A stretch of DNA of 64,000 nt from an uncultured bacterium. Lineage in GTDB: Bacteria; Zixibacteria; MSB-5A5; CAIYYT01. The notes beneath the pieces are model-generated. The model searched no databases. It worked only from the letters and a program-made list of their open reading frames with translations, and had not been told where the DNA came from. The stretch covers positions 61,383 to 125,382 of the forward strand of contig CAVSCK010000002.1 in NCBI GenBank assembly GCA_963726455.1. Reading direction: 5' to 3'. Every line of letters begins with the position of its first letter. Within the stretch, counting starts at the first letter, position 1. The translations under genes and the position numbers were made by a program. Shown piece after piece: positions 47,372 to 57,740 of the stretch.

Positions 47372-47599
47372 TCAGGTGGGAATCGTTTCGTCAATCGGCT
47401 CGATTGTCAGCGATGATTCCCCGACTCGCTGCAGCCCGATCATTCTGCGTGTGAGGAAATTCTGCGACGTAATCCAGCGCTGGGACATCTCGAGTACTTC
47501 TTCCTGCTGCACTTCCGAAATCCAGTCAATCACCACACAGTCGTAGTGCTCGTCGTCAACCGTCAGGTCGTCCATTGTCAGCGTGAATTTCACTTTCAT
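47372..47599 (-). CDS. hypothetical small acidic protein (75 aa)
   Basis: ATG 47599 after GGAGGAGG; MKVKFTLTMDDL... Confidence 0.75.
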   Translation of the reverse strand: MKVKFTLTMDDLTVDDEHYDCVVIDWISEVQQEEVLEMSQRWITSQNFLTRRMIGLQRVGESSLTIEPIDETIPT

Positions 47600-47707
47600 C
47601 GCAGCCTCCTCCTGCTTGTATCTCTGCAAGGTGTTCTTGCAGACTCTTTGCCAACCGGAAGGCAAGAATCCGAGGCGGTTTAGCACGTTCTGGCGCAAGC
47701 AGATAGG

Positions 47708-48670
47708 ATGGGTGGAGCAAGTCGAAACAGTGGTAAGGGGCTCGTTGAGGGGCTTGATTTATGGGAATCATCCCACACCAATCGGACAATCTCCTTCAAT
47801 ATCAGGCAGATAGAGCGTATATTTGTCCTCGTGCAGCAGTCTTGGCGCAACCTATATAAGGTCACGGATCTCTTCTCTTGTCCGCATCGGCTCCACAAAC
47901 ATCATGAATCGGGAACGTCAGTTTGGCATGTTCTCAAGTACAAGGCGTGCTTTCCCGACGGCTGCGTAACGTTTGCCTGGAAGTGCACGAAGTTCGACGA
48001 CGGCCACAAGTGCCCCAGAAACAAGAAGCATGTCGGCAAGGACTGTTTTTCCTGCCCGCACTTCTACGATCTTAAGCTGGCCTACTCGCCCGATGTACAA
48101 GTGGACGACGTAGACTATGCGCGCTTCCGCAGCGACTTCTCTGAATTTGAGGAGTGGGTTAATGGGCTGACCGGCAAGAGGGTTGAAATTCGCGGCCGGA
48201 TCAAGACGGTCAATCCGCTGCTGACAAATGAAGGTGACAACGGCAATTTCCGCATCGCCTGCCGGGGGGTACTACTTTATCTCACGGACGGAATATTCGG
48301 CTACGATATCTTTGAGGATCCCTTTTACGCGCGCCTGTCGTTCAGTGCTTATGACCGAATCAATGTCGCGGTTGGCGACACGCTTGATATGAAGGGTCAA
48401 TTGGAGATTGATCGCGGCCGGTTTGTATTTGGCAAGGTTGGCGATATCGAGGTAGTACGTCGAGGCGAAAGCGAACCGATACCATCAAGCCAACTCAAGC
48501 AGGCGAAATTCACCGGCACGGTTGTTGACGGGCAGCCCGCCAAGTGCCTGCTCTGCGCGCATGGCCTCTTGATCGATTCCAGCAACAGTGACGGACGTAG
48601 TGCACCGAGACGATTGCTCTATTGCATCAAGGGCGTTGCCGATTACCACTTCTGCCCGTATACCATTTAA
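47708..48670 (+). CDS. hypothetical Cys/His-rich protein with a central OB-fold-like region; true start probably later
   Basis: CPH..H.H, CFPDGC, CFSC, CLLC, C...Y.FC; VEIRGRIK...VGDTLDMKG. Confidence 0.75.
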   Translation: MGGASRNSGKGLVEGLDLWESSHTNRTISFNIRQIERIFVLVQQSWRNLYKVTDLFSCPHRLHKHHESGTSVWHVLKYKACFPDGCVTFAWKCTKFDDGHKCPRNKKHVGKDCFSCPHFYDLKLAYSPDVQVDDVDYARFRSDFSEFEEWVNGLTGKRVEIRGRIKTVNPLLTNEGDNGNFRIACRGVLLYLTDGIFGYDIFEDPFYARLSFSAYDRINVAVGDTLDMKGQLEIDRGRFVFGKVGDIEVVRRGESEPIPSSQLKQAKFTGTVVDGQPAKCLLCAHGLLIDSSNSDGRSAPRRLLYCIKGVADYHFCPYTI

Positions 48671-48834
48671 CTCCGGTATTCCATTCAAGATCAAGGCGTC
48701 GCGTGGAAAGGTGGTTGACTTTCACCACGGATTTGATTACTATACCAGAGTACAAAGTCTACGACCGCCTACTACATCGGTTACTTAAGGACTGCGGTTA
48801 TAACTCCATATACTTCATTTCGGGAGGTTGATCC

Positions 48835-49653
48835 ATGAAAGCTCGCCGGCTACTCTTGGGAGCAGTGTTTGCTCTGCTGACGGTGTGGCAGTCTTCGGGG
48901 TTCGCCAACTCCGGGGATGTTACCATTAAGATCAACGGTGGTAATGCCGCCTATATCGGTGAAGTCAACAGACTGGAAATCTGGGTTACTAATGATGTTC
49001 CTCTCGGGGGAATGGTGCTTCCGTTTAGAACCGACTGGCAAGTGACCTACCACTGGACCAAGCCATACGGCAATGTTCCGATGAGCGGCCACCGCGTCCA
49101 GGAGTTTGGAGACGCCTTTACAGCCATAGGAAACGGCTTCGATTTCGGGGATAAGAATGATAACGTCTCTCCTGACTCCATGGTCATGGTTGGCGCTGGA
49201 TTTCGAGCGCCGCTGCCGGCACATCTGACCAGTACCAAGTTGTTCGACCTCGAATTCTACATCGATCCCTGGCAGCCGGAAGTTGCTAATGGTCTCTGCG
49301 TCGACAACATTCAGTTCTTCCCCAGTCAGCCGTGGGCGTTTACTGATTCGAGCGGCCTCGGACCGGATTTTGCACCGACGTTTCAAGGCAACGCCAATTC
49401 CGACGTTTACACACCTGACGCTCCGGCGGTCTGTTTTGACGTGGTACAGCGTCAGTTCGTCAAGGGCGATGCCGATTTCTCGGGATCTCTTGATATCTCG
49501 GACGCAGTCTATCTGGTGTCATTTATCTTTAGTGCTGGCGCCAAGCCGATGCCCTTTGCGGCAGGTGATGTGAACTGCGACCAATCCATTGACATCTCCG
49601 ATGTGGTCTATCTGATCACATACATTTTCGGGAACGGCCCGGCTCCCTGCTGA
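48835..49653 (+). CDS. secreted protein with cohesin-like N-terminal domain and C-terminal dockerin type I repeat
   Basis: Signal peptide; GDADFSGSLDISDAVYLVSFIF and GDVNCDQSIDISDVVYLITYIF. Confidence 0.88.
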   Translation: MKARRLLLGAVFALLTVWQSSGFANSGDVTIKINGGNAAYIGEVNRLEIWVTNDVPLGGMVLPFRTDWQVTYHWTKPYGNVPMSGHRVQEFGDAFTAIGNGFDFGDKNDNVSPDSMVMVGAGFRAPLPAHLTSTKLFDLEFYIDPWQPEVANGLCVDNIQFFPSQPWAFTDSSGLGPDFAPTFQGNANSDVYTPDAPAVCFDVVQRQFVKGDADFSGSLDISDAVYLVSFIFSAGAKPMPFAAGDVNCDQSIDISDVVYLITYIFGNGPAPC

Positions 49654-49748
49654 AATTCGTTGGAATAATTCCAGGTAATTGTGGAAACGCCGTCGGAAAC
49701 TGATCCGGCGGCGTTCTTCTTATCGGGAATAGCCGGTCCCGCTTGCGT

Positions 49749-49778
49749 CGCAAGTTTTTCTGTCGTCGCACTGTCAAA
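49749..49778 (+). promoter_or_regulatory. ECF-type promoter motif, copy 1
   Basis: CGCAAG-N17-TGTCA, ending 8 nt before the sigma ATG. Confidence 0.55.
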
Positions 49779-49786
49779 CACACGTT

Positions 49787-50425
49787 ATGTTGTCGACGAC
49801 AGTGCCAGGGGAACAAGACATACAGGAACTGGAGCTGATTCGCAGAGTTGCAGCCGGCGAGCGGGCGGCATTCAAGCTACTCTTCGACATTCACTCTCCG
49901 CGTGTACTTAACTTCCTGTTGCGCCTGGTCGGCAACCATGATGACGCGGAAGAGCTTACCCAGGATGTGTTCCTGTCGCTCTGGCGGCACGCCGACACTC
50001 TGCGTGGCGAAAGCAAATTGTCCACCTGGCTTTACCGCGTTTCCGTCAACAAAGCCATCAATTTCAAGAAACGGGGGGGCTTATTCTTTCAGGTCAAACA
50101 ATTGTTTTCGCTGGATGCCGAGGACGAGGCAATTGCCGACAAATTGCCAGCTTCAGAAGCAGATAGCCCCGATCGCAAGATAGAGATAAAGGAAGCCCGG
50201 CTGGAGTTAGCCGAATTGATGGCCCTGCTCCCGAAGCGGCAGCGGGACGCCTACTTGCTCCATAAGCTGGAGGGCTTGAGCTACAAGGAGATAGCCGGCG
50301 AGTTGCACGTCTCTTTGGGGACGGTGGAATCTCTCATGCACCGCGCCAAGGAAAACCTGCAAAAAGCGATCCTTAAGCATTCCAGAAAGTCCGCAAGAAA
50401 GAATAGACCCCAAGTGTCACAATAG
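49787..50425 (+). CDS. ECF sigma factor
   Basis: DAEELTQDVF, LSTWLYRVSVN, LPKRQR, EGLSYKEIA...GTVESLMHRAK. Confidence 0.95.
   Translation: MLSTTVPGEQDIQELELIRRVAAGERAAFKLLFDIHSPRVLNFLLRLVGNHDDAEELTQDVFLSLWRHADTLRGESKLSTWLYRVSVNKAINFKKRGGLFFQVKQLFSLDAEDEAIADKLPASEADSPDRKIEIKEARLELAELMALLPKRQRDAYLLHKLEGLSYKEIAGELHVSLGTVESLMHRAKENLQKAILKHSRKSARKNRPQVSQ
50392..50421 (+). promoter_or_regulatory. ECF-type promoter motif, copy 2 (inside the 3' end of the sigma gene)
   Basis: CGCAAG-N17-TGTCA, same boxes and spacing as copy 1. Confidence 0.55.
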
Positions 50426-50444
50426 CGATGGTTGGAGGAAGCCA

Positions 50445-50936
50445 GTGATTAAGTGTATTGACATTGAACAGAACCTAATTGACCTACTGGACGGGTCGAT
50501 CGTGGGTGAGCGCCGGGCAGAACTAGCCGCCCATCTTGACGATTGTCCGGCCTGCCGCCGTCTGGTCGCTGCCTACCAACCGATATTCGATAAACTTGCG
50601 GATCGCGCCTCGACTGAACCTCCGCGCGAGCTCTGGTACAGACTACAGGACCAGATTAACCGCATGGAAGAAAACCGGCCGTCTCGACTCCACCTCCCTG
50701 TTCACTGGCGGCCGGTTATCTCTTTATCGATCAAATCGGCCGGGTTGGTGATCGCTCTGGCTATCGGTATCCTCCTCGGCAACTCCCCTGTAGATACGCA
50801 GAAAGTGGCAGAAGAAGAAATCCTGGACTATTATGCCAGTTCATTAACACAGCCGTCGTACAGTTCGGTTTCTGACGCCATCTATCAATTTGAAGAGACC
50901 GGCGTCACTGCAACCAATGGGGGAAATGGAAAGTGA
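50445..50936 (+). CDS. zf-HC2 (ZAS) membrane anti-sigma factor
   Basis: C..I...L..LLDG, HLDDCPAC, one TM segment. Confidence 0.9.
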   Translation: MIKCIDIEQNLIDLLDGSIVGERRAELAAHLDDCPACRRLVAAYQPIFDKLADRASTEPPRELWYRLQDQINRMEENRPSRLHLPVHWRPVISLSIKSAGLVIALAIGILLGNSPVDTQKVAEEEILDYYASSLTQPSYSSVSDAIYQFEETGVTATNGGNGK

Positions 50937-51436
50937 AAGAGCGAACTCTTATATATGTGGTCGTTGTCCTCGTGGTAGTCAACATTGCTGCTTTGGGAAC
51001 GATTTTGTATCAACGGGTGGCGCATCCATTTTGGGGTGCCCAGCGAATTGGGCAGGGAATGGAAGGAATGCCGGAAGGCATAGGGCGCTTGCAGCTCTCA
51101 CCAGATCAGCGCCAAATTCTTAAAGCATCGCGCGAACGGACTGACAGTCTGGTGTCGCCAATCCATGATGAGATCAAGAACAAACGGCGGGAATTGGTGG
51201 CGGAACTTGGTAGCAGCCAGGCAGACACGGCAAAGGTAAATCAATTGCTTACGGAGATAGGCGATCTGCAGATTTCCGTGCAAAAAATTATGGTTCATAA
51301 CTTCATGGAAAACAGCAAAGCGTTTTCCCCCGAACAGCGGAAAGTGTTTCTGCGAATGATCGAGTGGCGCGCCGAATGGCAGGAACGTCCGATGTTCGGT
51401 CCGGGGAGAGGATTTGGACGCGACAGGCACGACTAA
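50933..51436 (+). CDS. Spy/CpxP-like periplasmic heavy-metal-sensor family protein
   Basis: N-terminal TM; LQLSPDQ and FSPEQR repeats. Confidence 0.85.
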   Translation: MKERTLIYVVVVLVVVNIAALGTILYQRVAHPFWGAQRIGQGMEGMPEGIGRLQLSPDQRQILKASRERTDSLVSPIHDEIKNKRRELVAELGSSQADTAKVNQLLTEIGDLQISVQKIMVHNFMENSKAFSPEQRKVFLRMIEWRAEWQERPMFGPGRGFGRDRHD

Positions 51437-51519
51437 ACGGAGAGATTGCTGACCGACGCTCGGCTGTCGAGCTCGACTATCCTGAATTGATATTATAGAC
51501 ATACGAAAGGAACTGAATT

Positions 51520-52086
51520 ATGAAACGAAACCTCTTACTGACCATGGCACTGCTGGGGCTATTGGTACTCGCCTATACACCCGCGTTCGCTCAAGCACCC
51601 GATGAAGGTAACTTCGACGATCAAGAGTCAATGATGGGCGCAGGTCCGGGGCATGGAATGGGAATGGGTATGGGTATGGGAATGATGGGAGGTGGCGGTG
51701 AACGCGCTCGCAAAATCGCGGATGAGCTGCAACTGACTAAAGACCAGAAGAAGCAGATAGAAGACATCACCGTGAACTATCGCAAGGATGTTATTACCAT
51801 GCGGGCGCAGGCACGGGTGATGAACATTGATCTGCAACAAATGATTCGCAACGACGGCAAGCGTGCCGACATTGATGCCAAGATCGATCAGATCGGCAAG
51901 CTGCGGACCGATATTCAAAAGAAGACCGTCGGAATGCGGCTGGCGCTCCGTGGCGTGCTGACGCCCGATCAACGCGAAAAGTGGGACAATCGGGCTACCT
52001 GGATGCCCTCGGGTCCCGGACAACAGATGAAAGATATGATCATTAAACGGTTCAGAGATCGCGGCGGCAGAGGTCAAGGACTGTAA
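51520..52086 (+). CDS. Spy/CpxP/ZraP-family chaperone
   Basis: Signal peptide; GM-rich tract; LQLTKDQ and LTPDQR motifs. Confidence 0.88.
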   Translation: MKRNLLLTMALLGLLVLAYTPAFAQAPDEGNFDDQESMMGAGPGHGMGMGMGMGMMGGGGERARKIADELQLTKDQKKQIEDITVNYRKDVITMRAQARVMNIDLQQMIRNDGKRADIDAKIDQIGKLRTDIQKKTVGMRLALRGVLTPDQREKWDNRATWMPSGPGQQMKDMIIKRFRDRGGRGQGL

Positions 52087-52122
52087 TCCCCACGACAAAC
52101 TTCACGGTTCTCGTTTGACATT

Positions 52123-52160
52123 GCGGGAGCGCGGCCGAGTCGCGCTTCCGTTTTGTTTTT
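52123..52160 (+). terminator. intrinsic terminator
   Basis: GCGGGAGCGCGGC-CGA-GTCGCGCTTCCGT followed by a T-rich tail. Confidence 0.75.
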
Positions 52161-52319
52161 GAAGCGAGAAAATGAGTTTCGCGCCAAAGCACATGTAACC
52201 CGTATAGTATTTAACGGGGCATTCCCGGAAACCTTTTCTGATTTGGACTGTTATGGAGGGTACGTTGACTGATGGACGACGGAATTGTTGTCGTCACGAA
52301 GTCTAGCAATCAGGAGGAA

Positions 52320-52913
52320 ATGAAGATGAACAAATTTGCTGCAGGAATTGTCGCGGTTGCGATAACGGCGCCCACATTGCAGGCGACCGTCTGGGATATC
52401 GACAAGGCACATACTAACATCGGGTTCAGTGTCAAGCACATGGTGATCACGAAGGTCCAGGGCAAGTTTGATGACTTCAATGGCACCATCAATTTTGACG
52501 GCAAAGATCTCGCGACCGGTTCGGTTGAAGTCAACATTAAGACCGCGAGTATCGACACCGATGTTCAACAGCGCGATAATCATTTGCGATCCAACGACTT
52601 TTTTGCGGCTGATAGTTTTCCTCAAATGTCCTTCAAGTCGACCAAGATTGCCCCCGCTGACGGCGGGTCGTTCAAGATAATGGGCGATTTGACGATGCGC
52701 GGGCAGACGCACCCGGTGACACTGGATGCTACTTTCAACGGTGTCGTCAAGGGGCCAATGGGCGATGTCCGGGCGGGGTTCTCGGCCACGACCAGAATCA
52801 ATCGTCAGGATTGGGGAATTACGTGGAGCCACACGCTCGACTCGGGCGGCCTGGTGGCAGGTAACGATGTCGATATCAATCTGGACGTCGAAGCCGTTCA
52901 GCGGAAGGAATAA
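52320..52913 (+). CDS. yceI: YceI family protein
   Basis: WDIDKAHT.IGFSVKHM, SIDT...RDNHLRS.DFF, GDLTMRG.T.PV; RBS AGGAGG. Confidence 0.93.
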   Translation: MKMNKFAAGIVAVAITAPTLQATVWDIDKAHTNIGFSVKHMVITKVQGKFDDFNGTINFDGKDLATGSVEVNIKTASIDTDVQQRDNHLRSNDFFAADSFPQMSFKSTKIAPADGGSFKIMGDLTMRGQTHPVTLDATFNGVVKGPMGDVRAGFSATTRINRQDWGITWSHTLDSGGLVAGNDVDINLDVEAVQRKE

Positions 52914-53109
52914 TTTTAGGGACGTACCCTAAGCGATCTATAAACACCTGTATCTGTAGAATCAACGAATAGAGACGCCGCCCGGAAGGATTCCGGACGG
53001 CGTTTCTATTGCTGCTCCATTCCCGTTGCTTCGCAGCCGAAACGGCATTATACTGGCTGGAGTGTATCGAATTATCGGAATTCTATTCTGCACATAAGGA
53101 GTACTCCAT

Positions 53110-54640
53110 ATGCCCAAGAAACCTGAAGAGGCATTAAAAGAACTGACACAGATAATGAATGAGGCATCGCTACTGAGCGCGGCCGGCGCGCTGCTCGGAT
53201 GGGATGAGCGCACCTACATGCCGCATAAGGGCGGCGCACACCGCGCCAACCAACTCGCGCTGTTGGCTGGCATGGTGCATGACAAGGCGACGTCGCCGCG
53301 AGTCGGCGAATTGCTCGCCCAGGTCGAAGGCACACCGCTGGTCAAGGATCCGCTTTCTGCCACTGCCGTCAACATCCGCGAGATCAGACGATTCTACGAC
53401 AAGCAAACCAAGGTTCCCAAGAAGCTTGTGGAAGAAATCGCCCACGCCGAGACCACCGGTCAGGGTATCTGGGTTGAGGCACGGAAGAAGTCCGATTTCA
53501 AGATGTTCCAACCCTCGCTGGAAAAGATGATTGATCTTAAGAAGCAGTATGCCGAGGCCGTCGGTTACGAAGATGTTGCCTACGATGCACTGCTCGACGA
53601 CTACGAGCCTTATGCTTCGACCAAGTCGGTGACCAAGGTGCTCGGCAAGTTCCGTGAGGAACTGGTACCATTAGTCGCAAAGATCACCGGTTCAGACAAG
53701 AAACCGAATGTCTCGATCCTCGAACGCGAGTATCCGGTCGAACGGCAGCGTCTGTTCGGGGAAATGGCGGCGGCTCTGATCGGATTTGAATTCGATGCCG
53801 GACGTCTCGACACCACCGCGCATCCGTTCTGCACCGGAATCGGGCCGGGTGATACGCGCATCACCACGCGCTTCAATCCGAACCACTTCGGACAGGCGCT
53901 TGTTTGGAATCCTGCACGAAGCCGGCCACGGAATTTACGATCAGGGTTTACCGAACGAACACTGGGGTATGCCGATGGCCGAATCCGTCAGTCTTGGGGA
54001 TCCATGAATCGCAATCGCGCATGTGGGAGAATCTGGTCGGTCGTTCGAAACCGTTCTGGGAGTTCTTCTTCCCACTGGCGCAGCAGACATTCTCACGAAT
54101 CACTGGTCGGGTGTCACGTTCGACGACTTCTACTTTGCCATCAATGATGTGCGCCCGTCCTTCATTCGTGTCGAGGCCGATGAAGTGACTTACAATCTGC
54201 ATATTCTGCTGCGCTTCGAGATCGAGCAGGCAGATCTTCAACGGCGAGATCAAGACGAAGGACATTCCCAAGGTCTGGAACGAAAAGTTCAAGAGCTATT
54301 TCGGGCATTGACTCCGCGCAACGACGCCGAGGGTTGTCTGCAGGACATTCACTGGGCGGCCGGTCTCTTCGGTTATTTCGCGACCTATTCTCTCGGCAAT
54401 CTCTACTCTGCGCAGTTCTTCGCCAAAGCCAAGCAGGACATAGGCTGATCTCGACGAACAGTTTGCCGCCGGCAAGTTCCATCCATTGCGTGACTGGTTG
54501 CGCAAGAACATCCACAGTCACAGGGCCAACGTTATCGCGCCGAGGAACTGGTCAAGGTCGTTACCGGCAAACCGCTTGATCACAAACCGCTGATGAAGTA
54601 CCTCACCGGCAAGTTCGCGCCGCTGTATGGCGTGAAGTAG
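53110..54640 (+). pseudogene. carboxypeptidase M32 (Taq-type), broken by several frameshifts in the 3' half (probably sequencing errors)
   Basis: LGWDERTYMP, YDALLDDYEP, HPFC; LHEAGHG, HESQSR, IRVEADEVTYNLH and GCLQDIHW fall in different frames. Confidence 0.88.
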
Positions 54641-54681
54641 ACCGACTTTCAAGCATCTGGATTCCATGGCATTTGGATTCC

Positions 54682-54707
54682 GTAGGGGCGACTCGGCGAG
54701 TCGCCCT
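54682..54707 (+). repeat. GTAG-type REP-like palindrome
   Basis: GTAG then GGGCGACTC-GGC-GAGTCGCCC. Confidence 0.55.
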
Positions 54708-54781
54708 TTCCATTTGACATGCGACTAGCAATCAGACTTCTTCTTTCAGAGCCATTCACTTCCAATGACGAAATGAAGTAG

Positions 54782-54940
54782 CTTGTAGCCCACCCAAAGC
54801 CTTGCGTCGAATGGGTTTCTGCTCCAAACCGCAAGTCGCGCATGTCTCGCCTTCGACTGCATTTTGCGGCAGTAACGAATTCGACTTCACAGGCATCGAG
54901 AAAGAACCCACCCGTCGGAAGCCTTTGGGCGGGCTATAAG
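54782..54940. repeat. REPIN/MITE-like element with ~40-bp imperfect inverted repeats
   Basis: CTTGTAGCCCACCCAAAGCCTT... versus the reverse complement of the right end, CTTATAGCCCGCCCAAAGGCTT... Confidence 0.55.
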
Positions 54941-54973
54941 TCTGAGTGCGGAAATTGCGAGACGGAAATTAAA

Positions 54974-55007
54974 GAAAAACCCCCGAACTTACGTCCGGGG
55001 GCTTTTC
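54974..55007 (-). terminator. intrinsic terminator, possibly bidirectional
   Basis: GAAAAACCCCCG...CGGGGGCTTTTC just after the stop of the minus-strand gene. Confidence 0.65.
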
Positions 55008-55031
55008 AATTCGAGTTATCGGGTGAGAAGA

Positions 55032-57740
55032 TTACTTCAGCAGAGTCATCTTCTTGGTGTCGGTGTAATCACCGGCCGTCAACTTGTAGAAGTAGACGCC
55101 CGAGGCAACCGAAGTACCGCCATCGGTATCGGCTCTGCCACTTAACCGAGTAACTACCCGCAGCCTGATAGCCGCTCACCAACGTCTTGATCTTGTCACC
55201 AAGAATGTTGTAGATCGACAATTCAACGTGACCACTCTGAGCGACTACGTAGTCGATCGTGGTCTCAGGGTTGAACGGGTTCGGGTAGTTCTGATTCAGC
55301 GTGAAGGACGTCGGCAGATTGCCGTTGTTCTTGTTCGCTGTCGTCAGCTCGCTGATGCGAATGCGGTCACCGTTTTCGGTCCAGGTGACCGTCTGCTCGG
55401 CAACTTCGCCATTGACCTTCAGCGTAATGACACTGCCGGCAGACTTGCCAACCGCATCACCGTTCAAGGTCTCGGCGCCGTAGACCGGCATGAATCCGAA
55501 CTTACCGGCAGTTGCGAACCACATTCTCACCAACCAGCGCACCGGAGGCATCGTAGGCCTCGATCACCGTACCAACCGGAAGAGTCTCGCCGTTCAGCTT
55601 GACATTGAAGCCGTACAGGTTGACCCAGGTGTTGGACTGCGCACGTACGCGGCGTGAAGTCTCGACTTGTGAGCAGCAGGAACGTCCTTCGCAAGAACGG
55701 GCCGGACTCCGGATAAATCAGCGTCGCGGCGCCGGTGGTCTTGATCCAGTAACCGAAGTCACGCTTCATCTCGTCGAGAGTTGTTAAACTGCGGATAGGC
55801 CGGATCATAGGTCAAAGCGCCCTGATCGTAACCTAGCACAACCACAACCTTATCAAAGATCGAAGCCAGAGCCACCGGGACCGTGAACGGAACTATCGGC
55901 AGATAGCTGACCAGATTCCAGTTCTGTTCCAGATCGATCGGAGTGGAAGCAGCCACCATCGGCCCCTCGACGACACAGCGTGTCTTCGGCGTTCATGCGG
56001 AACCAGAAGCCGTGAAAATGATCGGCAAACAGCAGCGTCGAGAACTCCGGCAGCTTCGGATCGTAGGTCTGCGCACCCTGCTCGAAGCTCAGGATCACGT
56101 CGACGTTGTCCATCACGTCCTTCGCCAGGATCATGATGCTGTCATTCGGCGTGTCGATGTTCCACGAAACCAGATTCCAACCCTGCTTGAGGATCAGGCA
56201 GTGAGTCGGCGGAACCGGCGTGCACGTCGAAGCAAGCTTCGTAGCGGTCGCCGTTCTGTGCCCCAGTGAATCGGGCCGTTTGCCATCGTAGCAACGATAA
56301 CCATCCACCTTGACCGTGATCAGGTCATCCGGCTCGCAGCCTTCATCGACAGCTCGGCGTGTACGGATCATCGCGGTACACCGGCATAAAGCCGTAGGTA
56401 CCGGCCTGGAACCATCGTCCACTGACCACAGAGAACACCTTCGGGATCGTAGGCTTCAATTACGCTACCCGGGAGCACCGGCAGGCCTTCAAACAATGCG
56501 ACATTGTTGCAGTAGAGATTGACCCATTCATAAGTCGGAGTAACCGTGCCGCCATTGGATCTCAGACGGAAGTTGAGATCGCTGGCAGGAAGTCCGGTCT
56601 CTTCGTAATCGGCATAATAGCCCGGCTTGAACACGCGAACTGAATATGCAACCGGCTTGCCCGGAGGCGGACAGATTTCATAGAAACCGTCACCGGACCG
56701 GAGGTTGTCGTAGCAATCGGATTGCCCTGCGGCGGGAAGGTGTTGAACAACTCAACCGTCGCACCGACAATCGCATCCTGCGCGTTATCCAGAATGAAAC
56801 CGTTCATGCAGAATGACGGGATGCAGTCGACCTGAATCGAACCAGGAGCGAACTGCGGATAGATCGAATTCGCCAGCGAGTCGTTGAACATCAGTTCAAC
56901 ACCCGGAGCGATAAACTGGCTGTCAATCGCTACCAGCACCGGACAGTTTTGACCGGCGGTGAACCACAGGGTCGCCCACAGGCCTTCACCCGGCAATACC
57001 AACGGCTCGGGCGGGATTCTCAGCGCGCCCAGTTTTACCGTCCGGTTGGTGTTGTTTACCGTACCGAACTTGGCGCTGATGTATGCGATGCGTGAACCAA
57101 CGAAGGATACCGAATCGATTGTCACGTCAGCGGAACTCCAGTGCAGACCGGCGGACATTCCGGCAATCTGTTCGAAGTTCTTGAAGTTCACGGCCACGCC
57201 TACCGAGTTACCGGCATAGACCGAAACATTCTGCACCATCACCGAATCGATTGACGGCGGTTTCGGATTCACGGTCAGGTTGATCGTGATCATGGCAGAG
57301 CCGACTTTGGCGCCCTTAGCTAGAGCATCGACACTGACATGAGCTACATAGGACCCAACAGTCAGTGAAGCAGTGTTGTATTCGAGTTTCAGCATCGTAC
57401 CCGGGATGGCACCTGCAACAACCGAACCCGTATCGGGAACAGCGGTGACCCACGCCTGATCTGACGAAGCCAGGAAGTGCAGAGTTCCGCACAGGGCGTC
57501 GTTGGTTACGAACACTGAGTCGCTGCCGAAGGCCTGGCCTTCTTCAATCTGGTGATCGAAGACCGACTGACTTACCATCGGCACCGGTACTTCTGTGCAC
57601 GGATTGACGACGAAATAAACGGTCGTCGCGTGCGGACCGGCCTTCTTCACAACCTCGGTGGCGGTAAGTGTGATCGGATAAGTGCCGACCGCAGTGTTAC
57701 CATCCCACGCGATGTGGACAATGGCGTCCGAGTCGGTGGG
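55032..57740 (-). pseudogene. large secreted multidomain protein (Ig/BACON-like, cohesin-like, repeated GWNLVS modules, T9SS/FlgD-like CTD); 5'-truncated at the junction and multiply frameshifted
   Basis: Consecutive minus-strand fragments; LKQGWNLVSW and LEQNWNLVSY; NQNYPNPFNPETTIDY; ends TKKMTLLK-stop. Confidence 0.8.

Noticed and set aside
51652-51687. GGAATG/GGTATG short tandem repeat
   Set aside because: It encodes the Gly-Met tract typical of Spy/ZraP-like proteins.
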